A stretch of DNA of 64,000 bases from Camelus dromedarius (taxonomy: Eukaryota): assembly GCF_036321535.1 (NCBI RefSeq), contig NC_087437.1:64234001-64298000 (forward strand), read 5' to 3'. Under the pieces are notes generated by a model. It was not told the origin of the DNA. It saw only the letters and a list, made by a program, of their open reading frames with translations, and did not search any database. Below are positions 1-12,599 of this stretch, in pieces; position 1 is the stretch's first letter, and every line of letters begins with the position of its first letter. The translations under genes were made by a program, and so were the position numbers.

Positions 1-181
1 CATTAGCATCTCACAGCTGATCACCATCTGACTCGGGTTCACATATCATCATTTTAAAAAATCTTAAAATTCCACACATGTATTTTCTTCTGGCTAGGGT
101 CATACCTCAATGAAGAATCTCTCCTTTGGGTAAAGGATAGATGACAGCAGGTGAGGGGTGACATGGCTTTCTTTTCAGAAA

Positions 182-390
182 GTGGTGTAGTGAGAAGGAG
201 AGTCTCTGGGCTGGAACTCAATGACTTGGGTTTCTGGCCCTGACTCCATTACTAGCCTGCTGTGTGACCTTGGTAGAGTCAGTTAATCTCTCTGGGCCTC
301 ACTTGCCTTATTTCTAACATGTAGGGGTTGAACAGGTTGGACTTGCCAAAGTTCTCTTCCAACTCTAAACCTCTGTAAGTCTATGAGTCT
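182..390 (+). mobile_element. MIR/MIR3 SINE
   Basis: Core gctgtgtgaccttgg...tctctgggcctca and MIR3-type tail ttccaactctaa...tctatgagtct. Confidence 0.75.
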
Positions 391-3300
391 ATTTAAATGT
401 GCTGACAGCTTTAGAATGGCTAATTAATGAGTTTTTAGTGGGAAAACAATTAGGTGATAATGAAGGCCTCAAGAGTAAATCTCTCCACTTCTTGTAATGA
501 GTTGAGCGGAGGAGAGTTGGAGTGTGTTTTCACCTAATGGAGCCCCTGGGAAGAAGGAACATAGACACTCAGGCTCCTACCTGGGGACTCAAGGAGGCCA
601 GGAGTGAAGAACAAAGCCACACATAGAGGAAGCTGGACGGTCCCATCCTAGAACAAAATGAGTCACCTTGCAGGGCAGGCTTAGAGCCATGCGGATGGAG
701 AGGAATATTGGCAGCTCTGCGGACCTGGGAATCGCACTCCTGCCTGACATCCGTTTCCAGAGCACGCTCACCTGCATGCTCTTTTTTTAATCTTCTTCCA
801 CCTCATGAAATAGATAAGCCTAGAACTTTTCTCTCCCCCATTTAACAGATGAGAAGTGGAGGCTTGGAGGAACGGTGCACTCGAGGTAAGATCAAGGAGC
901 TAATAAGTGATAGACGAAGACTCAGCCCACACCTCTTGATCCAAAGCCCGCATCCTTCCCACTCTTCCTGGAGATCTCCTCTCACCTGGCAGGCCACCTC
1001 TGCTGGCTGCATGGACTGACCCCTGGGTAAAACGGGTCTTTCAGTTCAGAGCGCTCCGAGAGGGCTTGCAAAGCTGTTGGCTTAGTGGGCTGGGCCCTAG
1101 AGTGGGAGAGATCAGGCCGGTGTGGGTGCAGGGGTAGCCAATCCACAGTAAGAGGGCTCCAGGGAGGCTCCTGTGAGGAGCCTTCTCCATAGACATGGCC
1201 CTGCTTCTGAGAGCTGGGGACAGCAGGCTTGTCACTATGCCCAGCACAGCAGTGCCCAGTGTGTGCCGACCATCTAGGGTTTCATCTGGGGATGGGGGGA
1301 TGCCCTAAAGCAAGGGTGTGAGGACAAGAAAGGGTGATTCGTAGAACCCAGGGGATCTCTGTCCCCAAGTGACAAAACAGTGAGACCCAACAAGAAGAGA
1401 AACCCGCTCTGCGTGGTGTTGGGGAGGGGCAGGGCCTCCCAGCCTGAGGGTGAAGGCCCGGAGCAGAGGAACTTCTCAAAGACTGCCTGCTGGTGACTTC
1501 AGCTGCAGAGACACACGACCTTGACCTTTCCTTCTAAGTGAAATAGGGCGCAAGCGTTATGCAGAGATGCAGCATCTTTGCTGCAGAGGGAGGGAGGGAG
1601 AGAGGGAGCACGCCAGCGAGCATTTGTCTGGGTCCTGCCCTAGAAATGTTTCAAGTAATAAAATCAGGATGACTTAAGAAATCCATCTTGGCCTCCCACA
1701 GCCCTCTGTGTGCCCCAGTGAAGACAAAGAGGCCTGGGGACCCAGCCAGGTTCTGTGGCCCCTCAGTCTCCTCACCTGTAATTCAGGTGATGGGGTGAGG
1801 TGGTCCTGAGGTCCCCACTTACTCAGACCTCAGGTAGATCTGGAGATCTTTCTGAGGGTCAGAGGAAGGGTTGAGAAGAGATGCCACAAAGAAAGGAGAG
1901 GAGGGTAGAGATAGAGGAGAAGAGAGACAATTGAGGGAGCAGAAGAGCGGGGAGGAGGAGAAAGCCATGGTAAAGTGAGAAGGGCTGGTCTCCACCCCGC
2001 TAGCAAGTCAGACCCTCCGAGCCTCGGCCTCCACCCCGATGAAGGGAGCCAGGGAGACCCTCCCCACAGCTGTGAAGGGTTACAAACCATAAAGTACCAT
2101 ACAGGGTAATGTGCTGATTTCATAAGAAAAGCACAGAGAAGAAGCGGGGAAGGCAGGGGAAAGGGAGGAAGAGGAGGGCATTTTCTGAACCTCCCTTTCC
2201 CGGGGACATGGATAGAGGACAGTGGGTGGGAGTGGGAAAGAAAGAACTGAAGATGGACCAAGGCAGAAATAAAATCCTCCCTCCCTGAGGTGCCTGCCCT
2301 CCCTCTGGGAGACGGAGAATCTGGCCGGCTGTGTCTGCATCTCTAGCTGAGGAGCCTTTGCCTGAGTGAGAACCGTCCACGGGGGCTGGTGCAGGCAGCG
2401 TGCTCTCCCGCTTCCTTCCTCGTGGCCGGGGGCAGGGAGAAGGCAGTCTTGGGCTTCAAGGTCTTCCGGATCGTCTCAATTTCGGTCAGACTTACAACAT
2501 GGTCAAAGCCTCTGGCAGAATCCTGGATAGGAAGAAAGGATTCTGAAGGCAAAAAGAAAAATCTGGATGAAGAACATTCTAGAAAGCCAAGCCAAGACAG
2601 GACCCTCCATCTGTGTGGGCCCAGCTCCATACATGGCCTCTCCTTCTGTTGCTCGTGCCTGGATCTCCACCTTGGCATGAGGCAAGACCAAGACAGAGGA
2701 AGCACGGGGCCGGGGTCAGGGCAGCCAGCTCCCCTGGCAGGCTAGATTTATGATTTGGCTGAGCTGGCAAGAGAGGGAGCCTGCAACCATCCACGGTGTG
2801 AAAAGCAGCCCAGTGTTTCCTCGAGGAGCCACGGTGCCAAAGGCAGGGGCATCCATCTGGCCTTGCTGTGTAGCACATTTGTCACCCTGGAGCCTGGGCC
2901 CTGGCTGGCCTCCCTTCTGCCATCTGTAGCCGCAGCCCCCACCTTCAGCAGCCTCTGCTGCAGGGTCTGCAACCCCAACAGGTGCTCTAAGCAGGGGTAG
3001 CCTGCTCCCTCCCTCGGGACCCTCTTGTGCTCTGCCCTCCAGCTGGTGCCCATCCAAGCTGGTGTCTACTTATAACTTCCATTGAGGATAAAAAGCCTTG
3101 CCGTTAGAGAGGTGAAAGGCCCTGGGAGACAGCTATTCCTGTCATTTCATGCTGTGCTCTGGAGAGTGCCGGGGTTCCTCCCAGCTCCTTTGAGAGCTGC
3201 TGGGAGAGGCTGAGTATCCAGGATCCAGCTCCCTACTCACCAGTGTACTTCTGTTTCTATCTGATCTAGATGGAGATGTTCTAGATAAGATTGCATTTGA

Positions 3301-4244
3301 AAAGTGGGTTCTGCTGCTGAAAGAAAAAACTTGAAGACCACAAATCTGGTCTCATTTCAAAAAGGAAGATACAGAGGGCCAGAGAAAGCCAGCAGCCCAG
3401 CCAGTTATTGGCAGAATGGGGACTACGACCCAAGCCTCCTGGCTCCCCCAGCCAAGATCTCTCTGTGATACTGAGCTGCCTCTTTTGAGGTGCTGGTCTG
3501 AGCATTCATGACCAGCACCTCTTCTCTACCCAACCAGTGCTCCCCCTTCCCCCCTACCCCCACACTGTCCAGCAGAGCCATCTCTTAAGCTTGGGTGCCA
3601 CGCCGTTTCAGCTCTTCCTCTATCAGAAGGGCCCTCAGGATGTAAACCATGTGCAGCCCAGGTGAGCACATTTCAGGTATGAAGTGAGAGCTCTGTGGTC
3701 AACCTGTGATTACAGCCTCTCTGCCCAGGGACTATCTCCAGGCCCAGATCCTTGGGTTATGCCCCCTCATCACCCCCATGGGCATCGGTGGTTATGGAGG
3801 GTTTTCAGGTAGAGTGGGGGCCATTACTTTCCTTCCCTCTTGGTCTCTAGAGAAACTTGGCTTTTCCATCTTGGCTTCTGATTATTGGTGCTGATCCGCT
3901 ACTCAGCCTCGGTCCCTGAATTCCACTCCAGAAAAGCCCATACTAACATTCTTTCTGGGTGAGGGGCTTTCTCCACCCTCAAGACTCTGTGCCCTGTTCT
4001 CTCCTATGATTCCTCCAGCCCCTGTCGGGGTCCTGTTCCCCAGCCTGGCTTGCCCTGTTCTGTGTTCTGCCTCCTCTGCTGGATTCACTTTTCCAACAAG
4101 TCAGCTCCTGGCCTCTCCTCTTGGGATTACACCCTGCTCTGCTCCCTCCTTCTAAATGCCCTTCTTAGCTTCCCAGAGCCGGGCCCTTCTCCTTCCAGCA
4201 GCTCACCTGGAGGCTGCTTCCCTTTGCAGGAGCGACCACATCCA

Positions 4245-4361
4245 TCTCTCATGTGATCCTCACAACCATCCTATGAAGTAGATATTAACACCCCAATTTT
4301 CACATAAGAACAATGAACCTCAGAGGTTTGGCAATTTGCTCAAGATCACACAGCTAATAAA
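4245..4361 (-). mobile_element. MIR SINE fragment
   Basis: atcctcacaaccatcctatgaagtag...ttgctcaagatcacacagct is the reverse MIR core. Confidence 0.75.
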
Positions 4362-4779
4362 TTTTATAGTCTTGGTGCTGCCTAGCCTCTGAGCCTGGGT
4401 AGTTACCCACAACACTGAGCTGTCTGGGTGGTCCTTGTGTGGTCAAGCTGAGGCCGTTCGGCCTGGGGTGGCAGAGCCTGATGACGATCTTTCGCCAAAG
4501 CACTCCTCCCTCTACCACACTCTTCACCCTGGTTCTTGTCTTCCTTCTTTTCCCTGATGGGAAGCCCCATGGTGGCTGGCTTCTCCTCCCCTAGCCAGGC
4601 CTTCCAGGAGGGTGGGGAAGAGGGATGTGGCTCTGAGAGGGGAGCAGGTAGGGGGAGCCTTCTGGGCTCCCCACTTTCTGGAGAATGGGCCTTGGGACAG
4701 GGGGACAAGGATTGCAGTGACCAAAATGGGGGCAGAAATGGCCCCAAGCTGGAAAAAAGAGGAATTGTGCTGCCGACTC

Positions 4780-6050
4780 TTCTGTGAAACGCTTTTTCTT
4801 CCAAAGTTGTTACCCGAGAGAGTGTTCAGCAGAGGAAGCCGACTGCTGACAGCAGCAGCTGTGGAGGCGGCAGGAGTGAGGGGTGGCATTATCACCCTCC
4901 GGGGCGGGAGCAAAGAATGATGTCTCCTGCCTGTTCTGGAATCCAAGTCTCTCACCACCCATCCCCCCACCCCTTTGGTCTCAAAACCAAGAGAGGGACA
5001 GACACCCCGGGAAGAAGCATGCACCCTGCCTCTCACACTCGTCTCCTGCGCACACACACACACACACACCCACCCACCCACACACACACACACCCCAGAC
5101 CTCTCATACTCCTCTCGCTCCCATGCATGCATGCACACACAGCCTCTCACACTCTTCCACGCACACACAGTCCTCTCACGTTCCCTCCCCCCTCACCCAC
5201 ACATAGGCATTCCTGCGCGCGCGCGTGCACATACACACACATGCACACACACAAACTCTCGCAGGTCTGTCTGTCTCCCTAAGCCAGGCTTTTGCATTAC
5301 ACCACTGCTCTCTGGTCCAGCCAAAGTTGGAGTCTTTCTGGAATGAGCAGACCACTCCATGAGGATATAACCTAAAGCATCCTCAAATGCCTTTGAGGAA
5401 ACTCTGGAGAGGAAGCCCGCCTTTGGAGGGCTGGCCGGGGCTCGGCCGGAGGACAGCCTGGGCGCTGGTGATTGGTGTGTTACTGCTGGGGCTGCGAGCT
5501 GTTTCCAGCGCTTTTGTCTGGCGCTGGGAGCGAGGCTGGGCAGTGTGAGGGACAATCGGAGCTGTTTGAGCGGGCTGCTGCGCTGTGTCCTGCTTTCCCT
5601 GCGGCCGGACCAAGCTGCTGGAGCCACCAGGCAGGACGGAGATGTTTTCTTGCTAAGCTGAGCGCAGCAGCCCGGGTTGGTTTTACAGGGAAGTGCTTTC
5701 TCTCTGAATGCAGTAGCAGCTGTCCTGGTCCCCTGGACTGAGAAACACTAGCAGGCACTTGAGCCCTCCTCAGCTTAAGGAAGCTGCCAGCCCCTTTCTG
5801 AGAACTGAGAACTGGGGGTGCCTGTGGCCCCAGTCCCACTCCCAGGCAGGGCTGGGGCTTGAGGCTGGCACTGGGGATGAGGGGGTGGAGCGCCCACTGC
5901 CCCACCCCCCTGCCCCCTAGGCTCTGATGGACCGCTGGGCTGTCGGTGCCGGCTTCCCCAGGGCTGCTTCTCCTGCCGCTGCCATCTGATTACCCCACAC
6001 CGTGTTTGGGGCTCTGGGAGCCCACAGCGGGGCTGCTAGTGGTGAGTACT
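4780..6050 (+). promoter_or_regulatory. Candidate internal promoter or enhancer with relatively high CpG retention
   Basis: GC box GGGGCGGG at about 4901-4908; reverse CCAAT (ATTGG) at 5471-5475; many CpGs in 5410-5680; consensus donor G|GTGAGT at 6042. Confidence 0.45.
5049..5253. repeat. Compound (CA)n/(GC)n microsatellite region
   Basis: CA runs at 5051-5093 and an uninterrupted purine-pyrimidine alternation at 5214-5253. Confidence 0.9.
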
Positions 6051-7222
6051 CGGACAGATGTCCCTTTGCATGTTCATTGGCTGTGCCCACATGAGCCACA
6101 GTGTACCAGCTCTTTGGCTTGATTTTCAGAGACTAGACATGAATTTGCCCCACCTCATGCCAGCTGGGTAGGGTGGCAGATCTCAGGAGTGGGGCCGCCT
6201 GCATGAGGCATCAGGGAACTGGGGCTGCCTGTGAGTGTTTTTCTCAGGAGTAAGGGCACCCTGGAAGGAGAGGCTTCTCTCACGGCTCCCCTCTCCTGGT
6301 TGGGTGAAGATGTGCCCAAGAGTGTGTGGAGGGGTGGGCAGCCCGAACACGCCGGCTACTCACAGGTGTTTCCAGCTCTGGGACCAACCTGCACTCTTGC
6401 TGCCAAAGCCCTGTGGGTTGAAAGGCCAGAAGCACAGGGTGAGGTTGCCTTTCTTTCCCCACCACGTGTCTCGTCACCTCCTCCCACCCTGACATCACCA
6501 TCCTGGAGCCACTGAGAGGGGCCCTCAGTCCTACTTGCTCCCTTGGACACATGGACCGCTGAGGACCCATGGGCTCCGGAGGGCCAGGCAGCTGCTGGCA
6601 CTGCCAGGAAAGGGCGTTGGAACAGTGGCAGGTCCCCATTTGGAATGTGCAAAATGAGGCATGATGAGGCTGGGGAGATGAGGTCCTTGGGACAGAGGGA
6701 CCTCTGAGAGCCCTGTCCCCTGCATATTCATCTAAACTGTTGTCCTTAGTGGTTATGGCTGTGTTTTCAGCGTGTACTGCCTCTAGGAATAAGGAGGGCT
6801 GTGAGGCAGCTGCACGCCGAGTGACGTCATGCTTCCGATACTCCTGCCTGGGCCTCAACTGTCCCTTCTGACTCCACAGGGATGCCCATCTTTCTAGCAT
6901 CCCAAACGTGTCTGTGGTCATGTTTTTGCTCCCTTGTGATTGTACAGTCTTTGCTTATATCCCCATAAGTTTCATACGTTGAGTATGTTCAAACATGATG
7001 ACTGCTGAGGTCCCTTTGGGGAATATCTCCAACTTTCCAGAGGTTCATAGGAGGGACAGCTCTGCACGCCACTCCCCCAATATATCCGAATCCTTTGGGA
7101 CCTGCCTGAAGTCCAAGGCAGGGATGGAGGACCATGAGTCTGACTCATTTGAGAATTCTGACCTTACAATTCCGAAATCATGGCATGGTGGGGGTCAGGG
7201 GTGGGAACAGCAGGGTTTAGGG

Positions 7223-7402
7223 CAGGGTTTCTAAATGGCAGCACCACTGACCTTTGGGGATTGATAGTTCCTGGTGGTGGGGCCCTGTCCTCAGACTTGC
7301 AGGATGTTTACCAGGATCCCTGGCCTCTACCTACCAGTAGCACCCTCAATTATGACACCCATAAATGTCTCTAGACAGGGACAAGTTTACTTCAGTTGAG
7401 AG
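7223..7402 (+). mobile_element. MER20-like hAT-Charlie DNA transposon
   Basis: cagggtttct...tgcaggatgtttaccaggatccctggcctctac...aaatgtctctagaca matches the recalled MER20 pattern. Confidence 0.75.
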
Positions 7403-8030
7403 GGCTGGTTTCTATTAATCCTGCTGCTGCTGTGTTCTCTCCTTTGGCCCTCAGGTGGTCTTTGGCCTCCTGGGACCAGGTCTCATATGGCCAAGTGACG
7501 TGTACCTGTCTCTGGCCTCGGAGTGCAGACCCCTGAGCTCTGGGCTCTAACGCTCTCACTCATGTTCCCATCTGATTTATGCGAGAATCATGTCTACCTC
7601 TCTCCAGTCTCCACCAACTTCCAGATCTTCCTGGTTCACATGTGGTGGTGATGCTCAGGGGTGCTGGATTGGGCCTCCATCTGTGGGGGATGAGGTGTGG
7701 GAAGGAAAATCCTACTGCAGGGCACCACTCCTCCCTCCTGACATTTGCACCAAAGCCAAGAGTGGCGTGGAGGCCAGGACCGGTTCACCCATGGCATGTG
7801 TGATGCATGTGCACTTGCTTGCAGCTTTCTGGATCCCATACCAAGTGAATGAGGTGGAGGTGAGCTGGCCTTGGGGGGCTTGCAGAGTGAGATAGATGTC
7901 CTTTTATGCACCAATAAAGAAATAAACCGATCTGGAGGATTCTATGCCTTGCTTGGATTAAGTCTCATCCTTTTAGGCTAAATATTTCTGAGGAAGAGCA
8001 AACAAGGGGAGAAGCTTCCTGAGTTTCTTG

Positions 8031-8157
8031 GTTTTTTTCCCCTCTGTTTTATGAGGGAGAGGTAATTAGGTTTATTTATTTATTTCTATTTGGAGGAGGT
8101 ACTGGGAATTGAACCCAGGACCTCTTGCATGCTAAGCGTGAGCTATGCCCTCCCCCA
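8031..8157 (-). mobile_element. Vic-1-like camelid tRNA-derived SINE with 12-bp TSD
   Basis: Reverse strand reads gcttagcatgcaagaggtcctgggttcaattcccagtacctcc...aataaataaacctaattacctc; TSD ctgagtttcttg at 8019-8030 and 8158-8169. Confidence 0.85.
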
Positions 8158-10410
8158 CTGAGTTTCTTGTTTATCAGAATCTCTGTAGGGTCGTGGTGGC
8201 TTTGTTCTTCATCAGTCCAGGAGAGCTTCACAAGGGAGGAGATATTTCAGAACCCAAAATTCTGTAGACTGGAGCCAGTGTGGAGAGGGAGAGAGACCCT
8301 CAGATCCCTTAGTCTGACAGTGAGTTTGGGGGGCAGGTAGAGAAGCTGGCTAAGGATTGCCCTTCCTTTCTCCTTGAGTAGGTAGGGCCAGCCCTTTTTC
8401 CCTCTGTGTCTCCCATCTACTCTGCTCAAACTTGTCTTCTGAGCTAGAAGGCAGGCTCCCCTGCCCCCTCTTCCCCCTACACACACAGAGGAGGGACTTA
8501 CGGGAAGCCTCATGTTGCAGAGAAATTATGACCAAATTCTGATTTGTGGGATAGAGCAGAGAGGTGCTGCAGGTGGTACAAACCAGCAAATCATCCCCTA
8601 ATCAGCCCGCTGGGCTTTGAATTGCCTTGTGTGATCCATTTGCAGCAAATTTTATCTCCTAATGATGCTTGATTCCGGCGAGTAAATTTACAGTCCCCAA
8701 ACAAGCAGCATCTAAAGATCAGGGACTGGAGGTGGCTGAGCAGTGCTTCTGGGAGCTGTGGTCACCCCAGGTAAGCCCCAACATGCTGTCCATAGGTCCT
8801 GGGCCTCCATGGTCTCCCTAATAGCACAGACGCTGTTTTCCCCAGCAACTATTTGGGAGCCTTCGGCCTCTCTTCCTGGCCCCATCTCCCTCAAGGAGCC
8901 AGTTTTCTCTGAAAGCTGAAAGGGCATTGGAGAAGGGGAGAGAAATCTCATTATATGGGCAGCTTTGTGGGTAATAAACAGCTTTGTGATTTGCAGCTTT
9001 TGAACTGAGGCTTGCAGTTTCATGATCCCAGGACAGAGCTGGGTCTCCACCTACTATATGTCTATTCTGTTCTGGGCTAGCTGGTCACATAAGGGGACAG
9101 GGCCCACAGACAGGGCCAGGCCTGGGTTTATGTAAACTCCAGGACTGATATGAGACTCCCCCAGCATGAAACAGGGACAGAGAGGTCACTCAGAGGGCTA
9201 GAAGCCCTTGTGTGTTCCCACAGAGGGCACAAGCCTGTGTGCATGAGACCAGGCACGAACCAAGAAGCCCATCAGGGGCCTTGTTGGGCTGGCTCAAGGT
9301 CAGCTTACAGGGAGAAGGCATGGTGCCGCTGTGCACGAGGGACCTTTTTCCCTACCACCTGAACCTGGGCAACACTTGCAGCGATGCTAAGTCACAGCCC
9401 TCTCTGGCCCACCAGCAGCCTGTGTTGCTGCTGGGAAACAGGGGGCTCTGAGCCTGGGAACTGGATGGGTGGGCAAGACAACTAATAGGGCCGGGGGTTC
9501 CCAGCCCAGGCCCCCCGAGTAGGGGTATTGAGGTTGTCAGAACGTGTGCTGGTCAGAAAGGATTTTTTTCCATAGTGGAGCAAGGAGAGTGATGTGGAGA
9601 GGGTATTTGGAGAAGGAGACTGCTGCCCAAACTGTGTCAATTAGTAACGGGAGCCCCACTGGTCATCCCCAGCCTGGGAGGTCTACACTGAAAGCTTAAG
9701 CAGGTGTTACTCTCTTTGAGGGGTCTGCTGAAGGCAGAGCCCACTTCTGCAGGAGCTGGGCAGGAGGGCTGCATTCACTTCTTTATCCAACTTTTATTGA
9801 GTTCTTACCAGCCCTGCGCTAGGTGATGCCGTCTCCAGCTCTGAGGAGCTCACAGTCTAGGGGAGGCTGATTGAGACATGGTGGCCCTCACACAGCTGTG
9901 GGAGCCTGGTTGAGGTCCAGATTAATTGGTTTTCTGGCTATTCTCCCAGCAAAGCTTTCCAGACCCCACCCCAGGGCTTTCAAGAGATAACTGAGATGTG
10001 GGGTCAAGTCACAGCTGGAAGCAGCAGGACCGCTCCCACACTGCCAAGTCCTGGAGGCTCTTGTTAATCTCTGCCCCCCAGGGCTGGCAGGAGGCTCCCC
10101 AGTGCCCCTGATCCTCCACTCTGGGTTAATTGCTTTCCACAGTCTGTTTGCTCCTTCCTTCCCTCTCCTCCTTTTCTGCTGTCTGCCTGTCCAGCTATGG
10201 GACTGATCACTTCCTCCCAGTTGCCCCTTCAGGCCCTCCAGTGGGACTCAGGTGGCTGGTGTTTCTGTAGACCCTACCTGGACAGATGGGGAGTGGAGAG
10301 GGGGAATTGTTTGATTTCAACCATCTGGTGTCTTTCCTCTCCTTCTGGAATCACATCCACATTCTCCTCTTTAGTGGGTGAGGAGGGGCTCAGGGAAAGG
10401 GGCTGGTAGT

Positions 10411-10546
10411 GCAGTTGCCCCTGGATCGCAGACGCAGAGCCTGCAGGGGGTGGCGGGGTGGGGGCTACTGTACTATTAATACATTATACATAAAGGACTT
10501 AGGCATCCTCAGATTTTGGTATCCACAGGCACCCTGGAACCAATCT
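10411..10546 (-). mobile_element. Short MER2/Tigger-family MITE
   Basis: ggacttaggcatcctcagattttggtatccacagg...ctggaaccaatc is the reverse of the MER2-type left end also seen at 44128. Confidence 0.65.
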
Positions 10547-10611
10547 GAAGGTTCTACCATTAAAACCCTGATGCCTATTCCTCATATATAAAATGAGGGG
10601 GTGTTGTAGAA

Positions 10612-10798
10612 CAGGGGTCCTCACAGTGTGGTCCTGGGACCACCAGCAGCAGCAGCATCTGAGAACTCATTAGAGATGCAGATTCTCAGGCTTCTGCCCA
10701 GACCCCAGAATCCAAAACTCCAGGTTTGGGCCTGGCAACCTGTGTTTACCATGTCCTCTGGGTGATGCTGATACAGCTCAGGTTTGAGGTCCACAGCT
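10612..10798 (+). mobile_element. MER5A hAT-Charlie element
   Basis: agtgtggtcc...ccagcagcagcagcatctgagaactcattagagatgcagattctcagg...aggtttgag matches MER5A. Confidence 0.85.
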
Positions 10799-12065
10799 CT
10801 AGAACATCTCAGGGGGGCCCCCTTCCAACTGCAGCTCTGTGGCTGATCTCATCACTGTCCACCTTGCAGTAACTAGTGACCTGCAAAAATCCAGTAGCCA
10901 CATTCTGGAGCACAGCCAGTAATCTTGAGGATGTCGTTAAATCCTCAGAATTACAAAAAAATTAAAAACAAAAAACAAAAAACAAGACCAAATCCATTAT
11001 GTACACCATGGCTTTTTCCAGAGAGGGACTCAAGGTGGTGGCTTCCATCCCAGTCTCATTAGGGAGGGGCCCGCAGAGGTGGGCCAGCAGTCTAGTGACT
11101 GGTACGGGGCATCTGTAGGGCACACCTCACAGGATGCCCACTCTGATCCTCACCACATGCTCCCACAGCACCGTGAACAAGCCTGCCCTTTCAGAGCCTC
11201 CGGTGAGAGCACTGCCCGGTGACTTTAGCAACGCCTCTTCCCCCAGAGGAGCAGAGTGCCCTAACATCTTGCTCCTGCTGCTGGCATTTAGCCCATCACT
11301 GAGTTAATTCAAGCAATACTAATAACCAGCTTGCCAGCGAGAAGACCTCTTGCAAACCCCTAAATCCTCCTCGCTGGGGTGCTAGTAACAGGCTAAGAAT
11401 CCTGTCTGGCCACCTGCAGTCATTCACAAAACAGCATGGAAAAGGCCTGGTGCTGAGTTGGATTGTGTGATGACACCAAAAGAAATAGAACCTTTGTCTC
11501 CGTCCTCCGTGTACCAGCCGTCTTAGAAGGGGGAGAGTGCCACAGTCTTAGTGCTTAATACGGGCTTCTTCCCTCCCTCTGCTTTTCTCCCCTCCGGGCC
11601 TTCTCCTCACCCAAACCCTCTCTCCTGCCTTGGTGCAGACATCTGCATCAGTTTCCTGGAGGTCCTCAAAGCCCCGCTGATAGGGCTCCGTCGGGCCAGG
11701 CTCAGCTTCCCGCTTTCCGCGGGTTCTGCGAGCGGCCCAGCCCCAGCTGAGACCTTTCCCGGCCTTTCTCTGGTCTCCAAGGAGCCTGCAAGAAATGCAG
11801 CCTGAGAAAACAGACTCCCTTCCCTTCCCCCATGGCTCTGTTCTCCTTGCCCACTCCCCCCAACTCCCCAAGGCTCCCCCAAGCCTGCTTGCTCCCTGCC
11901 CTCCCAAACTCATGTTTTATGCAGGAACATCCCCATTCTCATGGAAAGTGCTGCGAAGTTTGGGAAAGAATTTCAAATCTCTTTTGAAGAGGGTGGAGCA
12001 AATGCAGGGTTATGGGGTTAACCTCGGATGAGAGTTTTTTTCCTTGGTTGAGTGGATGCCCCTGT

Positions 12066-12066
<1 letters not shown>

Positions 12067-12122
<56 letters not shown>
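12067..12122. repeat. (GT)28 microsatellite
   Basis: Perfect dinucleotide run. Confidence 0.98.
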
Positions 12123-12126
<4 letters not shown>

Positions 12127-12599
12127 CTTGTTTCCCTTCTACCCACCATTTGCACTGCACGGGGAGGGGGAGGGCCAACACACACAGACACACAGGCGGA
12201 CCCACACATGGACACATGTGTCTGGAGCCTGCCTCACCTCCCAGTGCCCCATCCTGCCACTCCTTCCCCATTCTGGGGAGCACCAGGAGGGTCTTACCTT
12301 GGATTTAAACACTCTCAGAAATTTGGAGGCACAGGGAAAACAGACTGGTTTGTCAAATACTAGAAAGAAAATGAATATAGGTATAAAACTTTTCTCTTTT
12401 TGGTGATTTTCACAAGATCTGACATCCCTTTGTTTCAGAACATCAAAATAGTTGTATGTAATTCATTTTTAAAAAAGCAAATCAGCTTGTTGCATGTATC
12501 AACGTGTATACTACAATGTATTCTGCTAATAATTCCAAGTTTCCCCTTATAAAAGCACCCGCTCTTTCAAAAGTCTAGCATCTCTTCTCTTCTGACAGT

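Noticed and set aside
993..1007. CTCF-like motif on the minus strand (ccagcagaggtggc)
   Set aside because: Mismatches in the GGC part of the core; expected by chance in GC-rich DNA.
2343..2745. Overlapping ORFs of about 120 aa on both strands, possibly a pseudogene
   Set aside because: No protein family recognised, and no poly(A) tail or TSD.
11164..11184. REST/RE1-like sequence cacagcaccgtgaacaagcc
   Set aside because: The left half matches, but the right half has two mismatches in GGACAG; too weak without ChIP data.
11939..12406. ORFs with HT or CV dipeptide repeats (also at 4524-5346 and 63665-63949)
   Set aside because: Translations of (CA)n/(TG)n microsatellites.
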